The notes beneath the pieces were generated by a model that ran no database searches, was not told the DNA's origin, and saw only the letters and a program-made list of their open reading frames with translations. Both the position numbers and the translations under genes were made by a program. Shown one piece after another: positions 20,636 to 28,793 of a stretch of 64,000 nucleotides of DNA (within the stretch, counting starts at the first letter, position 1; every line of letters begins with the position of its first letter). Location: contig JACMOC010000083.1 in the NCBI GenBank assembly GCA_014378195.1, positions 68,149 through 132,148 of the forward strand. The letters are read 5' to 3'. Source of the DNA: Oligoflexus sp. GTDB taxonomy: Bacteria; Bdellovibrionota_B; Oligoflexia; Oligoflexales; Oligoflexaceae.

Positions 20636-21946
20636 TTAGGAGATCTCTTTTTCAGTGCCCGTCTTAGGCGCTTCATCTCGAGTCACGCGCAAACGCTCGA
20701 TTCTATGACGATCGACATCGGTAACTTCCATCGTCAGGTTTCCGTAACTCACCTTCTGACCGATTTCAGGGAGATGACCAAGGAGTTGGGTCATCCAACC
20801 CGCGATCGTATCCACTTCGCCCTCAACGTCTTCCGCGAAGGATTCGTCGATGTTAAAAAACTCAGCAAACTCACTGATGTTCACATAACCAGCGATATCG
20901 TAGATATTGTCGTCGATCTGCGTGATCTGAGCCTCTTCCGTATCGTATTCATCCTGAATATCGCCGACGATCTCTTCGAGGATATCCTCCATGGTCACAA
21001 GGCCGGCGGTCCCGCCATATTCATCGATGATGATAGCCATATGGTTTTTGGACTGCTTCAGCTCTTTAAAGATTTCGATGAGGTGCTTGCTCTCTGGTAC
21101 AAACTGAGGTTCGCGCATGATGGAGGTCACAGCGAAAGGCTTGGTGCTGGTTGCACGTTTAGGATCGGCCATGTGTTTCAGGATGTCTTTTGCGAAGACT
21201 ATCCCCATGATTTTGTCGATCTGCTCGTCATAAACAGGCAATCGTGAGTGACCTGATTGCATGATGAGACGAACCGTTTCCTCGAGACTGACAGCCTTTT
21301 CAACCGCAACAATATCGGTTCTTGGGGTCATGATTTCGCGAACTTTCGTTTCATCAAACTCAAACACACCGTTGATCATTTCTTTCTTCACGTCTTCAAT
21401 AACGCCCGACTTCTCGCCGACTTCCAGGAGGAATTCGAGCTCCGCCTCGGTGATTGTCGGCTGAAGACTCTGGTCGCTCCCAAGGAGTCTTATGATCCAG
21501 TTCGCGAAGTTCGACAGGGCCAAAGCCAGCGGGTAGATCAATCGATAAAGGATATGGACTATAATCATAGCCGAATGGGCTACGGTAGGAAGATGGGCGC
21601 GCGCGATTGATTTAGGGATCAGGTCGCAAAAAATCAGTACGAAAAAGCTGATAAGAATCACGACGACCGTGAGATTGAAACTCGCGAAACGCTGATAAAT
21701 CATATCCGTGATCAAAAGGGCCGTGGTAATCTTGAAGAAGTTTGAAAAGAGCAAAATCGTCGTAAAAACCCGTGACGGATGCTGCATAAGAAGTTTCATA
21801 GAGGCGCTGTTTTGTTCCTTGGGTTGCGCACGAGCTCGAAGCGCAGCTAACGAGGTCACGGCAGTCTCAGCGGCCGAAAAAAATCCGGTCGCGATAACGC
21901 AGAGAAAAATATAGAGCAGGGCAGAGCCATCGGCACTTAAATCCAT
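20636..21946 (-). CDS. HlyC/CorC (CNNM + CBS + transporter-associated) membrane protein
   Basis: FFSAAETA, LIPKSIA, VREIMTPRT, HSRLPVY, DEYGGTAGLVTMEDILEEIVGDIQDEYD. Confidence 0.92.
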   Translation of the reverse strand: MDLSADGSALLYIFLCVIATGFFSAAETAVTSLAALRARAQPKEQNSASMKLLMQHPSRVFTTILLFSNFFKITTALLITDMIYQRFASFNLTVVVILISFFVLIFCDLIPKSIARAHLPTVAHSAMIIVHILYRLIYPLALALSNFANWIIRLLGSDQSLQPTITEAELEFLLEVGEKSGVIEDVKKEMINGVFEFDETKVREIMTPRTDIVAVEKAVSLEETVRLIMQSGHSRLPVYDEQIDKIMGIVFAKDILKHMADPKRATSTKPFAVTSIMREPQFVPESKHLIEIFKELKQSKNHMAIIIDEYGGTAGLVTMEDILEEIVGDIQDEYDTEEAQITQIDDNIYDIAGYVNISEFAEFFNIDESFAEDVEGEVDTIAGWMTQLLGHLPEIGQKVSYGNLTMEVTDVDRHRIERLRVTRDEAPKTGTEKEIS

Positions 21947-21949
21947 GGC

Positions 21950-22507
21950 TTAAACCTCAAGCTTTGCACAATGGGTCCAGAGCGGGGCGCCATCGATGGC
22001 TTCGAGATAAGTCATGATTTTCTGCTGTTGAGCCGTCATGCGTTCTTCTTCGATAGGTTCAAGATGATCGTGACCACAGAGATGGAGTATTCCGTGTACA
22101 AGTAGAAAACACACCTCACGATCGAGATCATGGCCGATACTTCGGGCATTTTTTAAAGCGACACTCGGGCTGATGACAACGTCCCCGAGCAATTCAGGTG
22201 GAATATCTTCATCCACGTCTTCCTCAGCCCTGGCCTCTATAGGCCAAGGTGGAGCTATAAATTCCAATGGTTCTTCCCATTCCTGCTGAGGAAACGAAAG
22301 CACATCGGTCGAGGTGTTTTTCTCACGGTATTGATGATTGAGAGTCTGCATAACTTCGTCATCGACAAAATCCCACGATAACTCGAAGGTCTCGACGCCT
22401 AGCCCGGTGCAGATAATCTTAGTTAGGGATTCGATCTTGTTGGGATCGATACGGAAGGTTCTGCTGTCTGCAGTAAGTTCGATGTATGGTTGACTGTCAG
22501 AGTCCAA
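21950..22507 (-). CDS. ybeY: rRNA maturation RNase YbeY
   Basis: LN..YR.K...TDVLSFP, LGDVVIS, HGILHLCGHDH. Confidence 0.95.
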   Translation of the reverse strand: MDSDSQPYIELTADSRTFRIDPNKIESLTKIICTGLGVETFELSWDFVDDEVMQTLNHQYREKNTSTDVLSFPQQEWEEPLEFIAPPWPIEARAEEDVDEDIPPELLGDVVISPSVALKNARSIGHDLDREVCFLLVHGILHLCGHDHLEPIEEERMTAQQQKIMTYLEAIDGAPLWTHCAKLEV

Positions 22508-22516
22508 GGTGTTTTT

Positions 22517-22795
22517 CTACTCCTTAAATAATCGTCTAAGCTCGCCCGGTTGATCGGCAGATTCCTCTTTTTTGAGTATCTTAAGACCACACTTCATAGA
22601 AGTCAGATCGGCAACACGGGTCGGCCTGGGACTGTCCAATAGCTCAGAAGGGCTAAGAACACGATTCCAAGCTATCACATCTGCTGCTAACTTGGCGAGA
22701 ACCGAAGCATCCAAGCTATGCGCAATTGGCTCGGGGTCGCATGTCTCGCCAGGTCTCAGTATGCGCAGGGGACTTGCTTTGTCTCTTGAATTCAA
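22517..22795 (-). CDS. Hypothetical protein (92 aa)
   Basis: TTG start with strong SD GGAGGA and its own consensus sigma-28 promoter; 9 nt upstream of ybeY. Confidence 0.6.
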   Translation of the reverse strand: MNSRDKASPLRILRPGETCDPEPIAHSLDASVLAKLAADVIAWNRVLSPSELLDSPRPTRVADLTSMKCGLKILKKEESADQPGELRRLFKE

Positions 22796-22835
22796 TAGCT
22801 TAATCCTCCTTTGCTCCGAGCTAGCTTATTCTCGT

Positions 22836-22862
22836 TTATCGGCCAAACCGACTAGAACTTGA
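22836..22862 (-). promoter_or_regulatory. Sigma-28 promoter
   Basis: TCAAGTTC-N11-GCCGATAA. Confidence 0.75.
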
Positions 22863-22910
22863 GTCCAAGTCTTTGGTTAATAATGATAAAAATGGCCAAA
22901 AGGATATGAT

Positions 22911-23618
22911 TTAGGAGAGAACGCGCGGCGGCATCCACACCGAAGCATAGGTCGTAAGCCCTTGCGCCTTGAACAGTCGTTCGAAACGGCTCGTATAGAC
23001 CTTCGAGCATAGGCCGGTCATAGGCTGCTCGACTTGGCGCCAGCGTGCCGCTGTGAGGGCTTCCATAACGTCAGCATTGTAAGGTTCCCAGTCCGTCTTA
23101 AACCAAAAACAAGCGTCCGGTTTGAGTTTCTGGGCCAAAAGGGCAAGGAACTCCGGTTTGAGTAGGCGATTCTTGTGGTAGCGTTTTTTCTTAGCCCAAG
23201 GATCGGGAAAAAAAACGAGAACAGCGTCGAGTTCGTGGGATGCGAAAAGTACATCGAGGAACTTGGCGTTACAGAGGATGCTTATTAAATTTTTCAGGCC
23301 GAATTCTTTCGCCTTCTGAGCAAGTTTAACGACACGTTTCAGAGTGATATCCATACCGATAAAAGCCGTCTTAGGCTCATCAGCCGCCATCTTCAGGATG
23401 ACTTCACCATAATGGCTTCCGATCTCGAGAATGAGGTTCTCGGGAGGCTCCAGCATTTTTTCTTGAAAGAAGGAACGCCAGTGGCCCGACATGGGAGCCA
23501 ACTTTGGGCCGTATAAAATAGGGAGTTCAGCGTCACGAATGAGCGGAAGAAACGCGTTGACGTCTTCGCGCATGGTTGCGAAGGAATCGACGAATGGATC
23601 TTGGGCGCGGATGGACAT
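22911..23618 (-). CDS. trmB: tRNA (guanine-N7) methyltransferase
   Basis: LEIGS..G, FPDPWAKKRYHKNRL, FKTD, TSRFE; start taken at MSIRAQ. Confidence 0.92.
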   Translation of the reverse strand: MSIRAQDPFVDSFATMREDVNAFLPLIRDAELPILYGPKLAPMSGHWRSFFQEKMLEPPENLILEIGSHYGEVILKMAADEPKTAFIGMDITLKRVVKLAQKAKEFGLKNLISILCNAKFLDVLFASHELDAVLVFFPDPWAKKKRYHKNRLLKPEFLALLAQKLKPDACFWFKTDWEPYNADVMEALTAARWRQVEQPMTGLCSKVYTSRFERLFKAQGLTTYASVWMPPRVLS

Positions 23619-24016
23619 GTTTGAAACTCTCGCAGGAAACATTGGGAAAAAGTGGTGAGTGCGCTTTCCCTAAAACGACCTATAAGCCGGATTTTGTCAT
23701 ATTCCTTGCGGAACGGGACTGTCATTAATCTGGGTCAGCAGTTACCTGCAGCCTCGAGCGGCCTACCCAGGAGCGAGACGGGTCATCTCTGCATAGCCTT
23801 GCAGCCATGCCCTCCTTGTTTGGCCTTGCATCGGATGGGGTTTACCGAGCCAACCTGTTGCCAAGTTGCTGGTGAGCTCTTACCTCACCGTTTCATCCTT
23901 ACCTTCCACGTTTAACCGTGGCGGGCGGTTTGCTTTCTGTTGCACTTTCCGTCGGGTTTCCCCGCCTGGTCATTAACCAGCATCCTACCCTACAATGTCC
24001 GGACTTTCCTCAATCG

Positions 24017-24141
24017 CGGGCGCACCGCAAAATGCCTTTAGACTGCGTTGGCTTCCGGCGCTCCGGTGCTCATTTACCTGTGGTAAACTCCGCTCCTCGC
24101 TTCGTCGCCGCCTTGTCTAAAGACATTTTGCGGCGCGCCCG
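24017..24141. repeat. 125-bp ERIC-like imperfect palindrome (MITE-like) inside rnpB P3
   Basis: 27-bp terminal inverted arms (25/27 match); core TGCGTTGGCT...TCATTTACCTGTGGTAAACTC...GCCGCCTT. Confidence 0.75.
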
Positions 24142-24198
24142 AGGTTGTGCCGGCGCGTGGTGGGGAGGAGGAGCTCATTTTCCTTTGGAAAATTTGCG

Positions 24199-24319
24199 CT
24201 TGGCTCCTGCCTTTGGCAGTTGCATAGCTACTTGGCTCCTGCCTTTGGCAGTTGCATAGCTACTTGGCTCCTGCCTTTGGCAGTTGCATAGCTACTTGGC
24301 TCCTGCCTTTGGCAATTGC
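24199..24319. repeat. 32-bp tandem repeat, about 3.8 copies, inside rnpB P3
   Basis: CTTGGCTCCTGCCTTTGGCAGTTGCATAGCTA at 24199, 24231 and 24263, partial at 24295. Confidence 0.95.
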
Positions 24320-24394
24320 GGGTCTAAGGGACTTTGCGATGCGCCCGAAACCGCGACAGCCCAGTCGTCTCGGATCGCGCACTCACCGGCTGTC

Positions 24395-24423
24395 GTTCTA
24401 GAGTCACAAAGAACCTTTGTCAA
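24395..24423 (-). promoter_or_regulatory. Sigma-70 promoter of rnpB
   Basis: TTGACA-N17-TAGAAC; predicted +1 near 24388/24387. Confidence 0.8.
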
Positions 24424-24463
24424 CTGAATCAAAAGATTATTTTCACAATGAAAATATCGAGAC

Positions 24464-24793
24464 TTACGACTTGAGCGTCAGCTTCAGGATTTGGTCGTAG
24501 TCATCGGGCTGGTGGCAATCGTCGAGTAACGCAATATTGCGGGTGATGGCTTGGCAGGTTATGCAGCGGAAGCGGATCATGAGGCCTTTTTTGGAATGGG
24601 TCTCGTAGCCGATGGGAACGAGAAGGCCTTTGCATGGATTGGCGCGATCGCCGGGAAAAACGTCGACGTGTTTGGAATGGAGGCAGAAAGGGCAGTGGTT
24701 CCGACAGGTTCGCTGCGAGATCGGGACGTCCCTCGCACAATGTTCGCAGACAAAGGCATCATTGATTTTTTGAAAGCGTCCTTGATCCGACAT
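24464..24793 (-). CDS. RNHCP domain protein
   Basis: F.CEHC...CRNHCPFCLHSKHVD..PGDR...C.G. Confidence 0.92.
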   Translation of the reverse strand: MSDQGRFQKINDAFVCEHCARDVPISQRTCRNHCPFCLHSKHVDVFPGDRANPCKGLLVPIGYETHSKKGLMIRFRCITCQAITRNIALLDDCHQPDDYDQILKLTLKS

Positions 24794-24811
24794 GGTCTGT
24801 CTCTAAACCTC

Positions 24812-24838
24812 TCAATATTTCAATCAAGCTGCCGATGA
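24812..24838 (+). promoter_or_regulatory. Putative sigma-28 promoter
   Basis: TCAATATT-N11-GCCGATGA upstream of 24866. Confidence 0.6.
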
Positions 24839-24865
24839 CAGAATTGGTCATCGGGGGAATGCTTA

Positions 24866-26269
24866 GTGAAAACGGTTAGGTTTGGCAAGCAAAACATGGT
24901 GAGTCTGGCTCTGCTTCTCGCGGCTTGCGGCAGTGGTGGGAGCAAGGACTCGAGCTCGTCGCCTGCGCCGAGCGGCGTTGCTGCTGTAGGATCCGAGATC
25001 ACGGTAACAGGTTCGATCAAAAGCGTGTCGGGAAGCCAATCGGAAATGAAAGATTGGGTCATTGCCATGATCGACTACGACAACAGCATTAGTTCCGTGG
25101 GTGTGGTAAACGCGGCGGGCAACTTCAGTCTGCCGAATGTGTTGAGCAGCGAACGTTACACGCTTGCGCTTCTTGATCCCCAGTACAAACTTGCAGCGGT
25201 CCTCTCGTCGCTGGCCGAAGATAATAAATCCGATAAACAAGTCTTCCGACTTTCTGGTACCCAGCTTCCCACTCTGGTGAATAACGGTCCCGTGATCAAT
25301 TTCACAAGTGCCAGTGGTATAGCCTGGGAAGCTGTGCGCGCCAAGGATTCTGATGGTGATGGAATACCCGACGGACGAGAAGCGTCACTCGCAAATGCGG
25401 TGGCGCCTATTGATACTGATGGAGACGGCGTTGCCAACGCTACCGATCCCGACATCGATGGCGACGGGCTCATCAACGTTCTTGATCTTGATGATGACGG
25501 CGATAAACTCGCTGACGCTTTTGATACGGACAGTAATGGCGACCTGATCGCGGACACATCGGAAAATAACACGGACCTTTATTATCCCGCTTTAATTGAT
25601 TTTGGCAGCATTCAGGTCGTGCAGGACACGCAGGCGGATTCAAGTTTCGTTACGAGCCTCCTAATCACCTCCAAAATTCAGAAACAAACGCCGAGCGCCT
25701 TAAAAATGCGTGGGCCCACGTCATTGCTTGAAGGATCGCAGTCCGTTCGTGTCAACCCCGACACGGGTGATGCCATCACAACAACTTGGGATAACGCACT
25801 TCTGGACGACGGTCTGAACGGCGACGGAGCCGCCGGTGACGGCACTTACGTGCGACGTGTACAGCTTGCAACGGGGAAAATTCCTCGGGCTCAGCAGGTC
25901 ATGTTTTTTCAATTTTATGATGAAGTTGTCGGGACAGGGACGCGCATACGTGAGCTGCCTTTTATGTTCCCTGATGTTGTCACCGGCGCGATCAGCGGCA
26001 CTTATACGGCAGCGACGCGGACAGTGACCCTTGTTGGAGCGCCGTTTAATTCGGTTAAGACATTTAAATGGACTGTAGACGTTTACAGCAGCTCGGGTGC
26101 GAAGGTTTTTGTTTCCGAACCGATCGATGGTGCTGCGACAACTTATGCGATTCCTGCATCCGTAATGGAAGCTGGTTCAACGTATACTGCAAAAATCACG
26201 GCCACAACGCCCGAACGTCTCCCAAGCTACCCAGCCTGGATTGTCCGAAGCGCGAGTTTCAACCTTTAA
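24866..26269 (+). CDS. Lipoprotein with Ca-binding DxDxDG (thrombospondin type 3-like) repeats and a DDG..GD..AGDG.Y motif
   Basis: Lipobox LAAC; DSDGDG, DTDGDG, DIDGDG, DDDGD, DSNGD; LLDDGLNGDGAAGDGTY. Confidence 0.8.
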   Translation: MKTVRFGKQNMVSLALLLAACGSGGSKDSSSSPAPSGVAAVGSEITVTGSIKSVSGSQSEMKDWVIAMIDYDNSISSVGVVNAAGNFSLPNVLSSERYTLALLDPQYKLAAVLSSLAEDNKSDKQVFRLSGTQLPTLVNNGPVINFTSASGIAWEAVRAKDSDGDGIPDGREASLANAVAPIDTDGDGVANATDPDIDGDGLINVLDLDDDGDKLADAFDTDSNGDLIADTSENNTDLYYPALIDFGSIQVVQDTQADSSFVTSLLITSKIQKQTPSALKMRGPTSLLEGSQSVRVNPDTGDAITTTWDNALLDDGLNGDGAAGDGTYVRRVQLATGKIPRAQQVMFFQFYDEVVGTGTRIRELPFMFPDVVTGAISGTYTAATRTVTLVGAPFNSVKTFKWTVDVYSSSGAKVFVSEPIDGAATTYAIPASVMEAGSTYTAKITATTPERLPSYPAWIVRSASFNL

Positions 26270-26363
26270 AAGACTCCACTAACCATAACCATTTTGTTTG
26301 TTTTTTGTGTTGAAAAGACGTTCGTCTGCAATCAAATGCAAACGAACGCTTTTGGTGTTTGGG

Positions 26364-27617
26364 TTAGCGAATTTTAGCGTGGGACTCATTGAAGTAAGAG
26401 TTCAAGGACTGGCGCTCGTCAACCGGCATGTCTTCAAGAGGACGCAACTGCTTGGCTTTGTGTGCGACGTAGCTCTGTCGGGCTTGGTCGTAGATGGACT
26501 TCACAGGACCATTCAACCAGACCGGCGAAGCCTTCCACATGAAGTCTGGAATGGCCGCATTGGCCTCCGCGTTGTTTGCTGAGAGCCAACGACCTTTGAC
26601 AACGTTACCTTTGCCATCGAGATCGATTTCGTAATCGTAACTCTCCGAGTCGTAGGGATAATCGTCGTTGCTCGTATCCAATGCGGCCGCTGTCGTCTCA
26701 GCTGTTAGAAAAAGCACTGTCCGGAGATGAAGGGTGCGGGGTTGATCCTCAGCAAGTTTTTTGGCTGTCGCATCCTCGATTATGCGTGTTTCGTAGGCCA
26801 CAACGGGGTTGTTCATGATCTCGCCTTGATGATCACGATCGATGATAAAACCTTCGTTGAGTTTGCCAATCTGATTCGCAAGGACAAGGTGGAACTTCGC
26901 GGCGTCGATAGGAGTGCAGTGTCTCCGGCGAAGTGCCTGCTTGCTGTTTTCGAAGGAATAGGGACCAGCGCCCGCGGCAAGCTCCTGCATGTCGGCAGGA
27001 TTGCAAAGTGCAGCGAGGACTTCGGGTTTGGGTGCTTGCTCATGTACAAAAAGGCTCAAGAGTGAATACATGTCTTGCGCTTCGAAGGTCACAGTTTTGC
27101 CGTCTTTGCTTTTCAGCGTCACAGGGCCCACGGGATCAAATTGGATTGAGGCCTCTGACCATGCGTGCATCATTCCTTCCCACTCAGGAATTGTGCTTCG
27201 TTTTGAACCGTCAGCGTTCGTTTGTTCCAACGTTCTGTGCCGTTCTTTTTTCGTAAAAGCCCAATCCTTGTTGCCGAGATAGAGATCGAGTTTCTCCGCA
27301 GGTGATAGCTTGTTTATATCGACAGTTGAGCCGATCGGATACTGAATAAAAGGAGCAAGGTCCTCCACTTCTTCGGAGTCTTCATTCAGGGCTAATTGCC
27401 AACGAAAACTGGCTCCGCCGCGTGCACTGGACCAACCATCCGAAGCCCACGGTAGTTTTGAGAGGCTCGCAACGAGCGGAAGATCCCGAAAATGTGCGGT
27501 ATATACATCCTGTTTCATTGTCGGCTTGGCCGTCGTGAGAGCTTTTGTTTCCGTAGTTGACGGCTGGGGCGCGGTTTGGCAAGCCGTTAAAAGTAAAAAA
27601 ATCGCGATAAGACGCAT
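26364..27617 (-). CDS. Lipoprotein, transglutaminase-elicitor-like, catalytic Cys apparently replaced
   Basis: Start ATG 27617 (AAGGAG); lipobox LTAC; LSPAEK.D, WEGMMHAW, FHLVLAN, NNPV, Y.Y....D..G....G.W, PDFMW. Confidence 0.75.
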   Translation of the reverse strand: MRLIAIFLLLTACQTAPQPSTTETKALTTAKPTMKQDVYTAHFRDLPLVASLSKLPWASDGWSSARGGASFRWQLALNEDSEEVEDLAPFIQYPIGSTVDINKLSPAEKLDLYLGNKDWAFTKKERHRTLEQTNADGSKRSTIPEWEGMMHAWSEASIQFDPVGPVTLKSKDGKTVTFEAQDMYSLLSLFVHEQAPKPEVLAALCNPADMQELAAGAGPYSFENSKQALRRRHCTPIDAAKFHLVLANQIGKLNEGFIIDRDHQGEIMNNPVVAYETRIIEDATAKKLAEDQPRTLHLRTVLFLTAETTAAALDTSNDDYPYDSESYDYEIDLDGKGNVVKGRWLSANNAEANAAIPDFMWKASPVWLNGPVKSIYDQARQSYVAHKAKQLRPLEDMPVDERQSLNSYFNESHAKIR

Positions 27618-27782
27618 CCTGAACTCCTTTACACTTCCTATCATAGTAATAAAAAAAAGCCGGTTGTGGAATCGAAGGTGAAAGCGGGGCCTATTTTTCA
27701 TCGTTTCTAAGGAACGTAAACAGTGAGAACAAAACCCTTAACCCAACCGTTATATCAATATAGAAAAACTCTACTCCAGGCG

Positions 27783-28781
27783 TTATGCCTTACCGGTACC
27801 GTGGAAACTCTCGGGGACGAGGACGCGAAGAGCGTTATGCACAATTTTAAATGAAAACGACCCATTGGCTATCCTTTCGCCATCAGCGCGGACGGGAAGT
27901 TCTTTTGATCCTTTGACCGAAGCTTCGCGAAAGACCTGAACATACTCTTTTAAAGGATGATGCGGTTTGCGGAGGATAAACGTAAATAACAATGCAAAGT
28001 AGTGCTTAAGTGTTCTTGCCTTAAATATGCAGATTTCGGCGATCCCATCGTCACTGACTATATTTTCGCCCCAACGCATTGATGTCGCGCCCATAGAACC
28101 TGCATTTGTTACCATAATCGTCGACGCGCGCCGCAATAGTCTTTTCCCATCGGCAACGATCTCAAAATGAAATATCTTGTCCTGCATCATCAGTTTAATC
28201 GCGTTCGCCACATAAGCGATGCGGCCATATTTACGTTTTGATTCAGCGTTTGTATGGAGTGTAATCCACGAATACGTGCCTATACTTATATGACAAAGAT
28301 AAGTTTTTCCCGACACGTCAAGGACATCAACCATGGCGGTGCGGGAGCCCGTTAGAGCAAGCTCGGCGGCTTCGTGAGGATTGGACGGAATTGCATGCTC
28401 CTTCGCAAAGACGTTAGCCGTTCCGCAGGGGATCGCTGCAAAAATTTTGCTGTGAAGTCGTGCAAAATGGGCGACCGAGGCTAAAGTTCCGTCGCCACCT
28501 GCGGCGATATAGACATCTGTCCCCTGTTCGTCGCGTGCTGTCGTGAGCTCTTTACCCAAGTCCATTTCTTTATTCAGCTCGAGAAAGACCACGTTTTTCC
28601 CGAGTGCTCGCGACCTTTCTTCCATGTAATTCTTGAGGGACGGAAGATTCGCACTTCCCGACTTCTCATTCAAAATCACGATATAATTGCGAAAGGAGGC
28701 CTCCTCGGTGGGTATGAGGTTTCCAAAACTTTCGCCATTTGCATAAGATGAAACCGAGATGTTTGGTGTGGTCGTCGTCAT
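27783..28781 (-). CDS. Diacylglycerol/lipid kinase family (YegS/DgkB-like)
   Basis: ILNEKSG, AAGGDGT, IPCGTANVFAK, ADGE; start uncertain. Confidence 0.88.
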   Translation of the reverse strand: MTTTTPNISVSSYANGESFGNLIPTEEASFRNYIVILNEKSGSANLPSLKNYMEERSRALGKNVVFLELNKEMDLGKELTTARDEQGTDVYIAAGGDGTLASVAHFARLHSKIFAAIPCGTANVFAKEHAIPSNPHEAAELALTGSRTAMVDVLDVSGKTYLCHISIGTYSWITLHTNAESKRKYGRIAYVANAIKLMMQDKIFHFEIVADGKRLLRRASTIMVTNAGSMGATSMRWGENIVSDDGIAEICIFKARTLKHYFALLFTFILRKPHHPLKEYVQVFREASVKGSKELPVRADGERIANGSFSFKIVHNALRVLVPESFHGTGKA

Positions 28782-28793
28782 TGAGGTGCCCGT

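Larger units (their letters stand above)
23672..24371 (-). ncRNA. rnpB: RNase P RNA (type A) with greatly expanded P3 region
   Basis: 5' GAGACGACUGGGCUGUCGC; GAGGAAAGUCC; GAAAGUGCAACAGAAA; GGUAAACCCC; 3' ACAAAAUCCGGCUUAUAGGUCGUUUU; P1 and P2 pairings can be checked by eye. Confidence 0.95.

Noticed and set aside
23652-24259. ORFs 23652..23915 and 23918..24259
   Set aside because: Antisense to rnpB with no protein-like features
24199-24319. 32-bp repeats as a CRISPR array
   Set aside because: Units are directly adjacent with no spacers, no cas genes are nearby, and the array lies inside rnpB
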